A stretch of DNA of 64,000 bases. Source: Candidatus Brocadiia bacterium (GTDB taxonomy: Bacteria; Planctomycetota; Brocadiia; SM23-32). A model generated the notes under the pieces. The model made no database searches. It saw nothing but the letters and a program-made list of their open reading frames with translations, and was not told the origin of the DNA. Below, piece by piece: positions 49,064-60,041 of this stretch. A program made the position numbers and the translations under genes. The stretch is from positions 1 through 64,000 of the forward strand of contig JBKHIT010000019.1 in NCBI GenBank assembly GCA_046538485.1, given 5' to 3'. The stretch's first letter is position 1, and each line of letters starts with the position of its first letter.

Positions 49064-50461
49064 ATGGCTGAACGACCAAATTTCCTGATATTTATGACCG
49101 AACAGCATCGGGGCGATTGTCTCAGCGCCGATGGTCATCCAGTGCTGCTGACACCTAACATGGATAGCATCGGAATGGGTGGCGCGCGTTTTACACATGG
49201 TTATACGACCTGTCCGACATGTATCGCTGCGCGGCGGTCGTTCCTTTCCGGTCAGTACCCTTCAACACATGGCATGATTGGCTACCATGACGGGGTCGAG
49301 TGGGATGCGCCCACGACCGTTGCGGGAGCGCTGGGAGAGGCGGGGTACCAAACGGAGTGGATTGGCCGGAGCATGCATCAGCATCCGGTCCGTAAACGGT
49401 ATGGTTTCGACCACATGGTAGCACACGCGGAGTATGAGGACTTTTTGCGACAAAACCAACCTCCGGGAAGAGCCCCGCTGGCGGAGGGGCGTTTCGGGGC
49501 CGGTCCGATGCACAATGATTGGACCGCCCGACCGTATCATCTGGACGAATATCTTCACTCGACGAACTGGATTACGAATCAGGCGCTGACATTTCTTGAT
49601 CGGCGGGATCCGTCGTCTCCGTTTTTTGCCGTCGTTTCCTATTACGCCGCTCACCCCCCGCTGACTCCTCCTGGTTTCTATATGGAACGGTACCTGCGTT
49701 CGGATATACCCGAGCCCGTGATTGGAGATTGGGCGACACCGCCGGATGAAAACTGGCATCGATCCGGCGCCGGCGGGACGCGGGTAGATCTACAGGGAGA
49801 AGAACTGCAGGCGTGCCGCGCCGGTTATTACGGTTTGATTAACCATGTGGACGACCAGATCCGGCGTATTCTCAGCCCGGTCTCCGGTGTCCAGCGAATG
49901 ACGAATAACAATACTGTGGTTATGTTTGTCAGTGATCACGGGGAGATGCTGGGTGACCACTACCATTTCCACAAACGGTTGCCGTACGAAAGCTCGGCTC
50001 ATATTCCTTTTATGATTTCAGCGCCCCGTCGGTATGGCATCGAGGAAGGGACAGTTCTGGATAACGCCGTTTCGCTTGAGGATGTCATGCCGACCGTCCT
50101 CGATCTGGCGAATGTTGAGGCACCGGAAACGGTTGAGGGCAAAAGCCTCGTAGCGTTGATGCGGGGAGACGGCGATCTTTCCCGTTCATATCTGCATATC
50201 GAACATGCCCCCCTGTACCAATCCCTTACCGATGGCAAGGAGAAATATATCTGGTTCACACAGGATGGTCGTGACCAGTTCTTTGATCTCAAAGAAGACC
50301 CGGAAGAATGTCATAATCTTATCGACTCACCGGATTATGCCGAACGTGTAGAGTTCTGGCGGGACCGGTTGATTGAGGAGCTGGAAGGGCGTCCTGAAGA
50401 ATTTTCGGATGGGGAAAAACTGATCCCGGGACGGCCCCATAATGCTCTTATGCCATCTTAA
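49064..50461 (+). CDS. Cys-type sulfatase
   Basis: RPN, TPNMD, CIAAR, SDHGEMLGDH, DP.E..NL. Confidence 0.92.
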   Translation: MAERPNFLIFMTEQHRGDCLSADGHPVLLTPNMDSIGMGGARFTHGYTTCPTCIAARRSFLSGQYPSTHGMIGYHDGVEWDAPTTVAGALGEAGYQTEWIGRSMHQHPVRKRYGFDHMVAHAEYEDFLRQNQPPGRAPLAEGRFGAGPMHNDWTARPYHLDEYLHSTNWITNQALTFLDRRDPSSPFFAVVSYYAAHPPLTPPGFYMERYLRSDIPEPVIGDWATPPDENWHRSGAGGTRVDLQGEELQACRAGYYGLINHVDDQIRRILSPVSGVQRMTNNNTVVMFVSDHGEMLGDHYHFHKRLPYESSAHIPFMISAPRRYGIEEGTVLDNAVSLEDVMPTVLDLANVEAPETVEGKSLVALMRGDGDLSRSYLHIEHAPLYQSLTDGKEKYIWFTQDGRDQFFDLKEDPEECHNLIDSPDYAERVEFWRDRLIEELEGRPEEFSDGEKLIPGRPHNALMPS

Positions 50462-50549
50462 TTGAGCTGTTGTGCCCATTACATAGCGATGCACTGTATA
50501 CGGTGGCAAATGAAATAAAATGCGACCCAGGAGGGAAACGGATAACGCC

Positions 50550-51384
50550 ATGTCGAATCGAACGCAAGGCGGACTGGCGGCGGGTTCTGCACGTGCAGAT
50601 ATTACCCCCGAGCCGGGCATACAGCTGGCTGGCGATTGCGGGCGGCATCGGCCGGTGGAGGGGGTTAAGGAACCGCTTTATGCTCGGGCGCTCGTCCTTG
50701 AATCGGGAGAAACCCGACTCTGCCTCCTTTCTCTGGATCTGCTGGGAGCGACAAATGCCTGCGCGGATGAGGTGCGAGAACGTGTGGCGGATGCGCTTGG
50801 TATTGACTCAGAAGCCGTTATGTTTCACGTCACACAAAACCACGCGGAAGGTTTTGGAAGATTTGAGATATCAAGAGGGGAAAGAACTGGCCCTGGCAAG
50901 AACGATTTTAGATTTGCCTTTGCGGGAGGTGCCCCCGGCAGAAATTCAGGACGCGGAACGCATTCTCCGTGAGAACCCGGAACCTGTCTGGAAAAATGAA
51001 AACGCTGTGGATCGCAAGTGGGTCGATGCGGCAACCAGGATGGATCTTAGTGACCACCGGGCCGTCTGTCCCATCGCGCAATACGAGGTGCAAGTGTTCC
51101 GTCTGGCAGATACTGCAATTGTGGCAGTGATGGGCGAGCCATTTGTGGAACTGCAACTGGGGATTAAACTGGCATCGCCGGCCTCGCAGACGTATGTGGC
51201 GCATTTTTGTAATGGCTATGCGGGATATATCCCTACACCGGAAACCCTCGCGCGCGATGTTCATGAAAGTGGTTACGGAACGGGTCAGGAGGGGTACACG
51301 AATATAGCTTCCAAATTCGAAGCAGATGCGTTCGACCGGGTGGAGTCCGCGGCGAAGGATCTCCTCGGGGAATTATGGTGTTAG
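50550..51384 (+). pseudogene. Neutral ceramidase-like hydrolase with internal deletion/frameshift
   Basis: N-part ADITP..G..LAG, LYARALVL, TQNHA in one frame; C-part GEPFVE.QL.IK, NGY.GYIP in another; junction near 50845. Confidence 0.75.
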
Positions 51385-51607
51385 CGGACTGGCAGTTCTG
51401 GATTTGCCGGTGACATAACTTTCAAAAATGGATGTCGCGGGAATTCACATCCTGAACTCGAGCCCGCGACCCGGCTCCAGGTTGCTGTCAATTTTCCAGA
51501 TAGACATTTTGTTCAAGCAGGACCTGACGGAGCTCGGCGTATGTCAATTCGCGAACGCCGCAGTTTGTTTTCCCGAGGCAGTTTGGCTCCCGCCCGTGGT
51601 TTCTATT

Positions 51608-51754
51608 TTACCGAACCAGTACAGCGCCAGCCCTAAGTATTAGAGCCGCAGAACTGTCCAGAATCGGGGTGAGGGCGTTGGGGTCATTGTAACACCCAGG
51701 GCGGAGACAGATGTATTCGGCCGTGACGAAAAGGATGTTCGGTCGTTCTGGCAT
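51608..51754 (-). pseudogene. Sulfatase 5' remnant
   Basis: MPERPNILFVTAEYICLRPGCYNDPNALTPILD then early stop; RBS GAGGA upstream. Confidence 0.7.
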
Positions 51755-51789
51755 TAGCCGTTTCCTCTGATTTTATGTGGGTAGAAAAA

Positions 51790-53328
51790 TCAGACGATAG
51801 GTGGGTCAGCTTCTTTAAGCCACCGCGGCCAGACGTCGTTCCGGAACTGTTCCATGTCGTCTTTGTCGAGATCTGCCCAGCAGCTCAATCCGCGAGGCTC
51901 AAATGTCGGGACACTTTCCTGCGGCAGTTGAGCGGCGAAACGCGCTTTTACGTCTTCGCAATCTGGATCGTCGGCAAGGTTTTCCCATTCGTAGGGATCT
52001 TCGCGATGATTGAACAGTTCCTCCCCGCCGTCGTAATAGCGTGTGTACCGCCATTCTTCGTCGCGGAGGCTATAATTGCCTCGGCCCTGGACGGTGAGTT
52101 CGGGCTCTCGCAGTTCCGCTGTGTTAGCCGTGGGGTTGGCAAGCAACGGAGAGAGCGATGTGCCGTCGAGATCGGAACGCGGAGAAAGCCCACACAGATC
52201 AATAAGCGTGGGGTAGAGGTCTATCAGGCCGACGGGCCGCTCACAGACTTTATCGGCTGAATCCATTTTCCGCGGATCGACGATTATCATCGGCGTGCGG
52301 GCCGATTCCTCCCAGAGCGAGAACTTCCGCCAGCTGCGCTTTTCTCCGAGGTGCCAACCGTGGTCCGACCAGAAGACGATAATCGTGTTGTCGGCGTAGG
52401 GGCTCCGGGCCAGTTCATCCAGAACAAGTCCGACCATATCGTCGACAAACGACGCGCAGGCGTAGTAGGCCTGGATTACCCGTCGGCGCCCGCGGGGGTC
52501 GGCGGCTCGAACGTTGATGTCGTCTTGAACGCGGGCGTTGCGCCGCGCCACCCAGGGCGAATCAGCCAGATCATCGTCTTTCACCGGATGCAGTTCGAGG
52601 TCGTCCAGCGGGTAGTGCTGAAAATATTTCCGCGGGGCAATGAAGGGCAGATGCGGTCGGACGAAACCGGTGGCCAGAAAGAATGGTTTGTCGTGTTCCT
52701 GTTTCAGCACATCGACGCCGAACTGGGCCGTGACGCCGTCCATGCAATCCATCACGGGGTCGTCCGAAGGCCCGGAGACAAGTTTGACAGAGTTCGGCGG
52801 GCCTTCTCCGCCAGCTCCGCTCCAGTCGATGGAGTCCTCCATGCAGGGCGAGTGATTGTAGTCAGCTTCGCGGATCCTGCCGACATTATTGACGTCCCAG
52901 TCCCTGTCGGCGCGGGGGATCACAACGGTCGGTTCGGGGTCATCGGAAGCTTTGTTTTTCTCAACGGCTTCCTCGGTGTATGAGTGGACGCGGAGGGAAT
53001 TATGGTGGATTTTGCCGGAGGAGAACGTTTTGTAACCGGCTTTCCTGAAATATTCCGGGAGTGTTACAACAGATTCAAAATCCTCCCGTCCGGCCCAGTC
53101 CTGGAAGCCATAGATTCCGGTTCTGGTGGGATATTGTCCGCTGAGCAGGGCGGCTCGGGACGGTCCACAGGAGGGAGCGGGGCACATGGCGTTTGAAAAC
53201 GTAACACCCCGTTCCGCAAGCTCATCGATGTGGGGCGTATATGCGTTCGAATCCCCGTAACAGCTGATAAACGGTCGAAGATCGTCAATAGCAATGAAAA
53301 GGATGTTTGGGCGTTGATCAGAACTCAT
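51790..53328 (-). CDS. Sulfatase (iduronate-2-sulfatase-like)
   Basis: IDDLRP, CGPSR, GF.RPHLPF, SDHGWHLGEK. Confidence 0.92.
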   Translation of the reverse strand: MSSDQRPNILFIAIDDLRPFISCYGDSNAYTPHIDELAERGVTFSNAMCPAPSCGPSRAALLSGQYPTRTGIYGFQDWAGREDFESVVTLPEYFRKAGYKTFSSGKIHHNSLRVHSYTEEAVEKNKASDDPEPTVVIPRADRDWDVNNVGRIREADYNHSPCMEDSIDWSGAGGEGPPNSVKLVSGPSDDPVMDCMDGVTAQFGVDVLKQEHDKPFFLATGFVRPHLPFIAPRKYFQHYPLDDLELHPVKDDDLADSPWVARRNARVQDDINVRAADPRGRRRVIQAYYACASFVDDMVGLVLDELARSPYADNTIIVFWSDHGWHLGEKRSWRKFSLWEESARTPMIIVDPRKMDSADKVCERPVGLIDLYPTLIDLCGLSPRSDLDGTSLSPLLANPTANTAELREPELTVQGRGNYSLRDEEWRYTRYYDGGEELFNHREDPYEWENLADDPDCEDVKARFAAQLPQESVPTFEPRGLSCWADLDKDDMEQFRNDVWPRWLKEADPPIV

Positions 53329-53899
53329 GATTTGCGTTCCTCAGGAATCTAATGCAACTTCCTACGGGCAGAAGGCTGAACACAACAGGAAAAGAATACA
53401 GCTGGTTGCCGGCAGTTCAACGACGACTGTTATCACAATTTTCCGCCGTAATCTGGCTGTCAGGATGTTCCTACCCAGATTAACGTGCAGTATAAGCCGG
53501 ATGGAATAGAATTGAAATGACAGGGAATTTGCGCTGTGGGTTGGTAGCCGGACATTTCCCAGAAATCGTGCTGTCTGTCCCCATCGCACCGGGCGCGAAT
53601 TACTTAATTTTCCTTCGGAACAGAATCCTGGATTCAACCATCCCGGATCCCGTCCTCTGATCTGAGATCGCTGGAGGGCCTCGTAGCTAAGCCGTTGACA
53701 GGCAAGCGGACTGGACTTCAGAACGCGGCTTATCAGCCCACAGATCTCCCGGCAAACAGCGATGTTTACGGCACCGACCGGCGCGATGTCCCGCGCGCCA
53801 ACGGCGTGCTGTGGATTGCGGTGTGTTAAAACGGGCCGGAGGCACGTTTTACTCACCGCTGTGTCGTTCCGGAACGTGTCACACTTCATATAGCTTCTC

Positions 53900-53965
53900 C
53901 ACAACGACAACGGAGAACGACAACCGAGAACGACACAGCGGCGAAGAATCGCCGCACTCCATAGC
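53900..53965. repeat. REP-like palindrome and short tandem repeats
   Basis: GAGAACGAC-type repeats followed by AGCGGCGAAGAATCGCCGCACTCCA hairpin. Confidence 0.55.
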
Positions 53966-54168
53966 CGGCTGGCGCCGGCGGGGTTCACACACGCGCTGAT
54001 TTTTGTTGTATCCCGCGGCAGTGATCATCTTCCGCAACGCCGGGATGTTCGCGGAAATGGCAACAGGAGCAACCCGAATGCAACTGCGCGGAAGGTTTGC
54101 TCGATTCTTTCCTTTGGCTCTCGACTGAATTTCTCCGAAGCGTTGCGACCGAGGCGCGGTCGCGGTTT

Positions 54169-54603
54169 TCAGTGCTCTGGTTCATCGTCTCCGTTGGTCT
54201 TTCCCGATCGTCGGCGGATCCATTCTATCGCTGAGCCTACGATCAGGACAGCATACAGGGTGATTTCTATGGTCCCCACAGCCAGGGGCACCAGGGCGTA
54301 AGCTACCAGCAGTGCAGATATCGCGCTGAGGCCGATTACGGAACCAATGAGAATGTCCTGCAGACGCACGGCATCTTCTCGGATGGCTCTCAAGACTTCC
54401 CACGCTGCGCAGAAAACGAAGCCGATGGCCAGAGCGCATACCAGAGCTGCCCCCAGAACGACTCCCAGATTCAGCAACGATGTTCTGTCAGCGCCGGTGC
54501 CTCCAAACACCACAAACTGGGATAGAGCCGCAAGAATGACAAAGACCACCGTGCAGGTCAGTAAGTAGGAGCGCGGTTTAATATGGAAATCTGGGTTTTT
54601 CAT
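54169..54603 (-). CDS. Small four-TM hypothetical protein
   Basis: RBS AAAGGGGG, four hydrophobic helices. Confidence 0.65.
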   Translation of the reverse strand: MKNPDFHIKPRSYLLTCTVVFVILAALSQFVVFGGTGADRTSLLNLGVVLGAALVCALAIGFVFCAAWEVLRAIREDAVRLQDILIGSVIGLSAISALLVAYALVPLAVGTIEITLYAVLIVGSAIEWIRRRSGKTNGDDEPEH

Positions 54604-54888
54604 ATGTGCCCCCTTTGTGCTTGAGCCCGGCGCAACCTGCGGAAAGCAGACACTCTTTGCTTCAGGGGTTTTCTGCTCTTACGAGTCCGATTCCTATGAG
54701 AATTTTCCTTTGCGCCCGAAAGACGGCTCCGAAGGAGCGACACAGGCATTATCGTGGTTCATTTGCTTGGTGGACGACACCCCTCGTATCGAATCTTTCT
54801 TGGCGATTTTCGTGTGCGAAGCTCCAATTGGATGTACAATCAGAAGGAGTATAATCGCTCACATGAGACTACCACAAGGAGTATAGTG

Positions 54889-56232
54889 ATGAAAAGGACT
54901 CTGCAGATTTTGCGGATTGTGGTATTCATCGTAGCGGTCTGCGGATGCGGCCGACAGGAGAAGAAGCAGGAATCGTTAAATCCACAAATCGACAAACGCG
55001 GCTCCTATCTGATCCTTGCGACAGAGCAGGCGCTTGCCTCGTATGAGGAAGCTATCGAGATCGCGGAATCTCTCCATCCGGAGGCCAGCCGGGCTACGTT
55101 TGATCCTGGCCGGCTGGAAAGTTCGCTGGAACTTCTGAAGCAACGAACGCCCAGGTACACGCTCATTTTCATTTTGCCGGGGGAGTTTGACGTCAATCTG
55201 GCGTGGAACTGGATGCAACTGACCACCCGGATCGACGAGGACCCATTTGTGGATGTGCGGTGCGGATTCATTACCGGAGAAACGCCGCACGCGGCGAAAT
55301 CGTTTATGTCGCGCATCCGAGATGCTGTCAGGGGAGAGATCTCTTTGCCGCCGGCTTTAGTTGATAACCTCGGCCCCAACACCGCGGCCAAGAAGACGAT
55401 GTTTCGCAAACAGAACAAATCGCTTTTCCTGCCGGTTTACGCTGAACAACTTCGAGTCAGCACAATCAGTCATGGCAGACGAGGGTTCAGCAAAGAAAGA
55501 CTTAGTTCGATGGCTGGGGCGGGTATCGTGCATTTCGGAGGACACGGGTACCCGGATCGGGTGGTAAATTGTCTCAACGGACCGTATGCCCGCCGGCTTG
55601 CACTGGACCCGTGCGTGATTTTCAGCGGGGCCTGCTACACGGGAGTAACTGGACGGTGGTTTGATATCAACGGACCGAAGGTGACCGAGAAGCATGTCGA
55701 ATCGGATAAATGCTTTTGCCTCAGTATGTTATCGAATAACGTGCTGGCCTACCTGGCCGCTCCTCATCCCGATCACGGAATCCCGGTCTACCAGGAAATG
55801 GAACACCTCGCCCTGACTGAAGCGACTCTTGGTTATTTGATCAAGTATACACACGATGGTGTTGTGCTGGCTTCGGGCGGGCAGGTTCCGCAGTTCGTGA
55901 CGCTCAAAGACGGGATGGCCCGCCCGGCGTGGACGTCCAGCGATGTTATGCTGGTGGGCACGGCATCGAGAGTGCTGTTTGGCGATCCTTCCATGCGGAT
56001 AATTGATTCGTTCGCAGAGTCGCCTTTTGAGTTGAGCATTCAGAGCAATTCTGCCGAGGTCAGTTCGAGGGGCGGCGCCAAAGGTGACCCAGACGGGTCC
56101 CTGCGAAGCCGCAACGAAGAAATGACCCGGCAGAATTGCTCCCTACGGGCCGGACGGCGGCGGCCCATCTGCGGCGTTGCAGTTCGGCGTGGACCCACTT
56201 GGGTCGAACTTCTCACTGCGCCTTGCATCTGA
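54889..56232 (+). CDS. Lipoprotein with C25/caspase-like peptidase fold, probably C-terminally disrupted
   Basis: Lipobox VCGC; HFGGHG and FSGACYTG dyad motifs; FGDP; last ~60 codons read through two palindromic elements. Confidence 0.65.
   Translation: MKRTLQILRIVVFIVAVCGCGRQEKKQESLNPQIDKRGSYLILATEQALASYEEAIEIAESLHPEASRATFDPGRLESSLELLKQRTPRYTLIFILPGEFDVNLAWNWMQLTTRIDEDPFVDVRCGFITGETPHAAKSFMSRIRDAVRGEISLPPALVDNLGPNTAAKKTMFRKQNKSLFLPVYAEQLRVSTISHGRRGFSKERLSSMAGAGIVHFGGHGYPDRVVNCLNGPYARRLALDPCVIFSGACYTGVTGRWFDINGPKVTEKHVESDKCFCLSMLSNNVLAYLAAPHPDHGIPVYQEMEHLALTEATLGYLIKYTHDGVVLASGGQVPQFVTLKDGMARPAWTSSDVMLVGTASRVLFGDPSMRIIDSFAESPFELSIQSNSAEVSSRGGAKGDPDGSLRSRNEEMTRQNCSLRAGRRRPICGVAVRRGPTWVELLTAPCI
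56043..56141. mobile_element. ~99 bp MITE-like element
   Basis: Perfect 14 bp TIR GAGCAATTCTGCCG/CGGCAGAATTGCTC, extendable imperfectly to ~24 bp. Confidence 0.6.
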
Positions 56233-56249
56233 ACCGCCGACGAACGGCT
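56150..56249. repeat. Palindromic REP/MITE-like element
   Basis: CGGCGGCCCATCTGCGGCGTTGCAG...CTGCGCCTTGCATCTGAACCGCCG imperfect hairpin. Confidence 0.55.
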
Positions 56250-56391
56250 GAACGCACAACATCAAGTGGAACGGACCACTAGGTTGCACATGCAGATTGA
56301 CGTGGGGACAGAGGGCTATATGAAATCGAAACTCCGCAAACGCAACGCGACTGTGAGGTTCAGAGTGACCTGGTGAGATGGAAGGCAAAAG

Positions 56392-56481
<90 letters not shown>

Positions 56482-56491
56482 ACTTAATCCG

Positions 56492-56519
56492 ATTATAACC
56501 ATACGTCCGAGACTGTCAA
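56492..56519 (-). promoter_or_regulatory. tRNA-Leu promoter
   Basis: TTGACA, 16 bp, TATAAT on minus strand. Confidence 0.8.
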
Positions 56520-56618
56520 GCAATAGGCCGACAATTGAGATCGCTATGCTTGAAGCATAGAATGGTTCATTGAAAATCACGTTTCAAATTTGTCTTCTCA
56601 CCCTGAGGGAATGTCAGT

Positions 56619-57206
56619 ATGTCAGAACAATTTACGATCGATCCCGATAGAGATGCGTTAATTCTCGTCGATGTGCAAAACGATTTTTGTCCCGGGGGGC
56701 CTTTGGCAGTCCCGGACGGGGGTGAAATTGTCGAACCGCTTAATTCGTGGCTGGACAATACCTCTGTTCTCAAAATTGCGACGCGAGACTGGCATCCGGA
56801 AAACCACTGCTCGTTTATGAATCAGGGCGGGCCCTGGCCTCCACACGGTGTCCAGAATACCGAAGGAGCCCGTCTCCATCCGGATTTGCACGAAGACCGG
56901 ATCGACCAAATCGTCTCTAAAGCGACTGAGCCCGACCAGGAGGCTTACTCGGGGTTCGATGCACCTGATCTTCAAAACATTCTTCAGGACAAAGGGGTAG
57001 AGAGACTCTGGATAGGGGGGCTGGCTACGGATTATTGTGTCCGCGCGACAGTGCTTGATGCGTGCGAGATGGCTTATGAAGTCTTCGTTATTGAGGAAGC
57101 CATCAGGGGAATAGACGTGGAGGCGGGAGATGTCGACCGGGCGCATTCGGAGATGGAAGAAGCCGGCGCGCGGTTTGTGTCAAACGATGAGGTCCTGTTC
57201 CGCTAA
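56619..57206 (+). CDS. pncA: Nicotinamidase/pyrazinamidase
   Basis: VDVQNDF.PGG.L, DWHP..H.SF, WP.H, YSGF, GLATDYCV. Confidence 0.92.
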   Translation: MSEQFTIDPDRDALILVDVQNDFCPGGPLAVPDGGEIVEPLNSWLDNTSVLKIATRDWHPENHCSFMNQGGPWPPHGVQNTEGARLHPDLHEDRIDQIVSKATEPDQEAYSGFDAPDLQNILQDKGVERLWIGGLATDYCVRATVLDACEMAYEVFVIEEAIRGIDVEAGDVDRAHSEMEEAGARFVSNDEVLFR

Positions 57207-57244
57207 ATGTGTGAGCAGGTGAGAATGGCGGGAAAGGAGATCGT

Positions 57245-57889
57245 TTGAAACTCCGACGGCGCGAAATTCCAGTTTTTATTTTTAACTGCATTTACCTTGT
57301 AATTTTCGGTGGGATATCATTGGTTCCGCCGATCAACTACGAGTTTGTTCTATATGCTGGTGTGATCGTCGTCTTCTTCCTGTTGATTCTATTTTCACAG
57401 CGGAAAGTCGAGTTCCCCCTGTTTATTCTATGGGGATTGACTTCGTGGGGCTTTCTACACATGGGGGGTGGGCATATATCTGTGGGGGAAGGGAGGCTAT
57501 ACGATCTTGTACTGATCCCCATCGTAACACGAGGTGAAGATGCAATTCTGCGCTACGATCATGTTGTTCACACGATCGGTTTCGGTATGGCTACGATCGT
57601 GTGTTTCCATCTTATCAAGGGGCGGTTGAGATCCGACAAGCGAGGCCTGGTGCTGGCGTCTCTGGTTGCGCTTATGGGCATGGGGCTGGGCGCTTTGAAC
57701 GAGGTGATCGAATTGATCGTGGTGCTCGTTGTTCCGGAAAGCGGGGTTGGGGGGTATTACAATACGACGTTCGATTTGCTTTTTAATATGATCGGTGCAA
57801 TCCTTGCCGTTCTGCTCCTCCGCGTCACCGGCTATCTCGGGAGCATGACAGACGAGGCTGCAGGGGACGAATCTGCACTTGGCTCTTAA
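57245..57889 (+). CDS. DUF2238-like membrane protein
   Basis: LH..GG, RYDHVVH..G, GALNE..E, Y.NT..DL..N..GA. Confidence 0.75.
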   Translation: MKLRRREIPVFIFNCIYLVIFGGISLVPPINYEFVLYAGVIVVFFLLILFSQRKVEFPLFILWGLTSWGFLHMGGGHISVGEGRLYDLVLIPIVTRGEDAILRYDHVVHTIGFGMATIVCFHLIKGRLRSDKRGLVLASLVALMGMGLGALNEVIELIVVLVVPESGVGGYYNTTFDLLFNMIGAILAVLLLRVTGYLGSMTDEAAGDESALGS

Positions 57890-59718
57890 AAGCCGGTTGG
57901 CTGCGGTGGCCGGGTATGATTAATATCCTCGTATCGCATGCGAAGAAGTCTGCGGGTGAGGTTTCTAAGGTAACCTTTTGAACCGGTTTGCCTGTCGAGT
58001 ATGTCTTTCAGGATATCATTATGTTTGCCTTTATTGCCGTTTTTGAGGTGAAGTTTTGCCAGGCGAAGGCCGACTGCGAACCATGTTGTCTGCATCGCTG
58101 AGATGGTCTTGCGGCTTTTTGGGAGCCTTTCAAACAGTCCTTCATGCAATTTTATAGCGGCCTCGATATCTCTATCATCAAGCATGATTCGTGTGGCATT
58201 GTCCAGAAGCGGGATCATTACGTCTTTAGCTCCTCTTCCACCGACGGCGGATTTTTTGTAGACCGAAAGGGCTTTATCGTTCCGACGGACTGATTCCAGG
58301 TACTTGCCCTCCAGAAGTCTCACACGCCCCCTGACCTCGTATTCATCCGGGAATTTCTCGGCAATATGATCATAGACCATGAGGCGGGCCTTTGTGTTCT
58401 CAGGTTCGATCGCAGTAACGAGTGTTTCAAAAGCACTTGCAACAAGTTTCGGATAGTGTCGCAGTTCCTTACAAAACTTATCAATACCCGTCATAAGTTC
58501 CGTGGTCGAAAAATCACCAGTTTTAGCAATCTTGGTGTAAGTCTCCCATTGGGCGTTGTCATAGACACACGAACGCAGAGATTTGAACAAAGCCGCTTTG
58601 GCCTGGGGGTTATGTTTTTCCTGATGAAGGATCTGAGCCGTGTCACACCATACGCGAGCTTTGTGGCGAGTCTCCTCTGGATATTTCAGAGCACTGAGGG
58701 CGTAGTCCAAATGGTGTTCGGATACATGTTCCCCAATCTGTGGATCAGTAAGTTTCCCCACGGCCACTTTTTCACTCGACAGGCGTCCGGTGTCGCAATC
58801 CCACTCGTAACCGCCGCCCTCCCGTTTGAGATAGCCGATCCAGGCGTGCTGCTCTCCCCGTCCAGTGGTGGCTCGGATAAATACACTGGGGATACCACAT
58901 GCCTTTCCGACTTCAGAAGCAAAAATAGCAGCTTCGCGGCAGACTCCACCGTGTTTTTTGATATTGGGAAGCGTTAAAGCATGGTTGGAAATCTCTTTCT
59001 TCTTACCCTTCAAATAAGCATCATCATCGTATTTATCCAGCCAGATGCTTTTGTATACTTCTCCCATATCGTTTTCACGGTGGTAATTTTTCAGCGCCCA
59101 CATTCGTTCTTGCATCTTGCGACTGCTATCGATGACATATTTTGAGACCTGGTGAGGCATTTTCCTGAGGTCAAAGCGCATGCGGCGAGCATACTTCGTA
59201 TAGAAATTGACCGAGTCGATCATTTCCTGATCTTCATTAACGCGTGAGTCCCAGACAACCGCGTAGGCAAATGCAAGTTCCGGAAACGTTTCGACCTTCG
59301 CCATCGAATTCTTCAATAATTGTAGGATTATTTCAAAACAGCGCCCGGGATCGTCCTGAGGTTCGATAGCCATCAAAAATCGTTTGTTGAAAGACGGATT
59401 ATTTAGCAGCCATTTCGTGAGGTTATCCCGGTCTTTTTTCAGAAGGATCTCGTCCTCCATGAAGGGATAAAAATGGCAGATGTAATAATAATAATGGAGT
59501 TTTTGGAGCTTTTTGTAAGGGGGCATGTTGGGCTGTGTACAGAGGTCGATAATCGATTCTTTGAAGTGGGTTTTCCCCTCTCTCCAGCGACGTTTCTGTA
59601 TGTAGTCTGCCCAATCGGAGTCGGTTGCTGCCCGGCGGCGTGGTGCGCCGCCAAATGTCACGGACTGCGACACTAACGCGAGGATGAGCAAAGCACAATA
59701 GACGTTGATCTTTTCCAT
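57886..59718 (-). CDS. Secreted protein with transglutaminase-like core and helical C-terminus
   Basis: GGVC...A......GIP, HAW, WD (Cys-His-Asp order); signal peptide; start MEKINVY. Confidence 0.65.
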   Translation of the reverse strand: MEKINVYCALLILALVSQSVTFGGAPRRRAATDSDWADYIQKRRWREGKTHFKESIIDLCTQPNMPPYKKLQKLHYYYYICHFYPFMEDEILLKKDRDNLTKWLLNNPSFNKRFLMAIEPQDDPGRCFEIILQLLKNSMAKVETFPELAFAYAVVWDSRVNEDQEMIDSVNFYTKYARRMRFDLRKMPHQVSKYVIDSSRKMQERMWALKNYHRENDMGEVYKSIWLDKYDDDAYLKGKKKEISNHALTLPNIKKHGGVCREAAIFASEVGKACGIPSVFIRATTGRGEQHAWIGYLKREGGGYEWDCDTGRLSSEKVAVGKLTDPQIGEHVSEHHLDYALSALKYPEETRHKARVWCDTAQILHQEKHNPQAKAALFKSLRSCVYDNAQWETYTKIAKTGDFSTTELMTGIDKFCKELRHYPKLVASAFETLVTAIEPENTKARLMVYDHIAEKFPDEYEVRGRVRLLEGKYLESVRRNDKALSVYKKSAVGGRGAKDVMIPLLDNATRIMLDDRDIEAAIKLHEGLFERLPKSRKTISAMQTTWFAVGLRLAKLHLKNGNKGKHNDILKDILDRQTGSKGYLRNLTRRLLRMRYEDINHTRPPQPTGF

Positions 59719-60041
59719 CGTTAAGCTCCTCTGCGTGTGTTTAACGCCCCCGTCATCCACCTACGGTACCTTTTCTTACGACATGTGTCAAGATTCCCAT
59801 CGTTTTTACAGCACCGCATATTTGGTTCCATCCTTCGCCTGTGCGGGCATATTGCCTCGAGAATCATGGATATTCTCCCTGAAAGGAGGGGGGCTGACAT
59901 GAGCAAGATATACCGAGCTGAGGTGTTTTTCAAGAAAAACATTGCACAGTGCGACGCTACCCTCAGCTGCCGTGTGTACTCAAGATATCCATCTGGTGCT
60001 TTTTAGATACAAATACTTGGGCGCACCGATCCAGGGGGGGA

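Noticed and set aside
53362..53988. 208 aa ORF
   Set aside because: No recognisable motif or RBS; runs through REP-like repeats.
54000..54190. attC site after the small membrane gene
   Set aside because: GAACCA at the gene end is suggestive, but I found no complementary R' box and no integrase.
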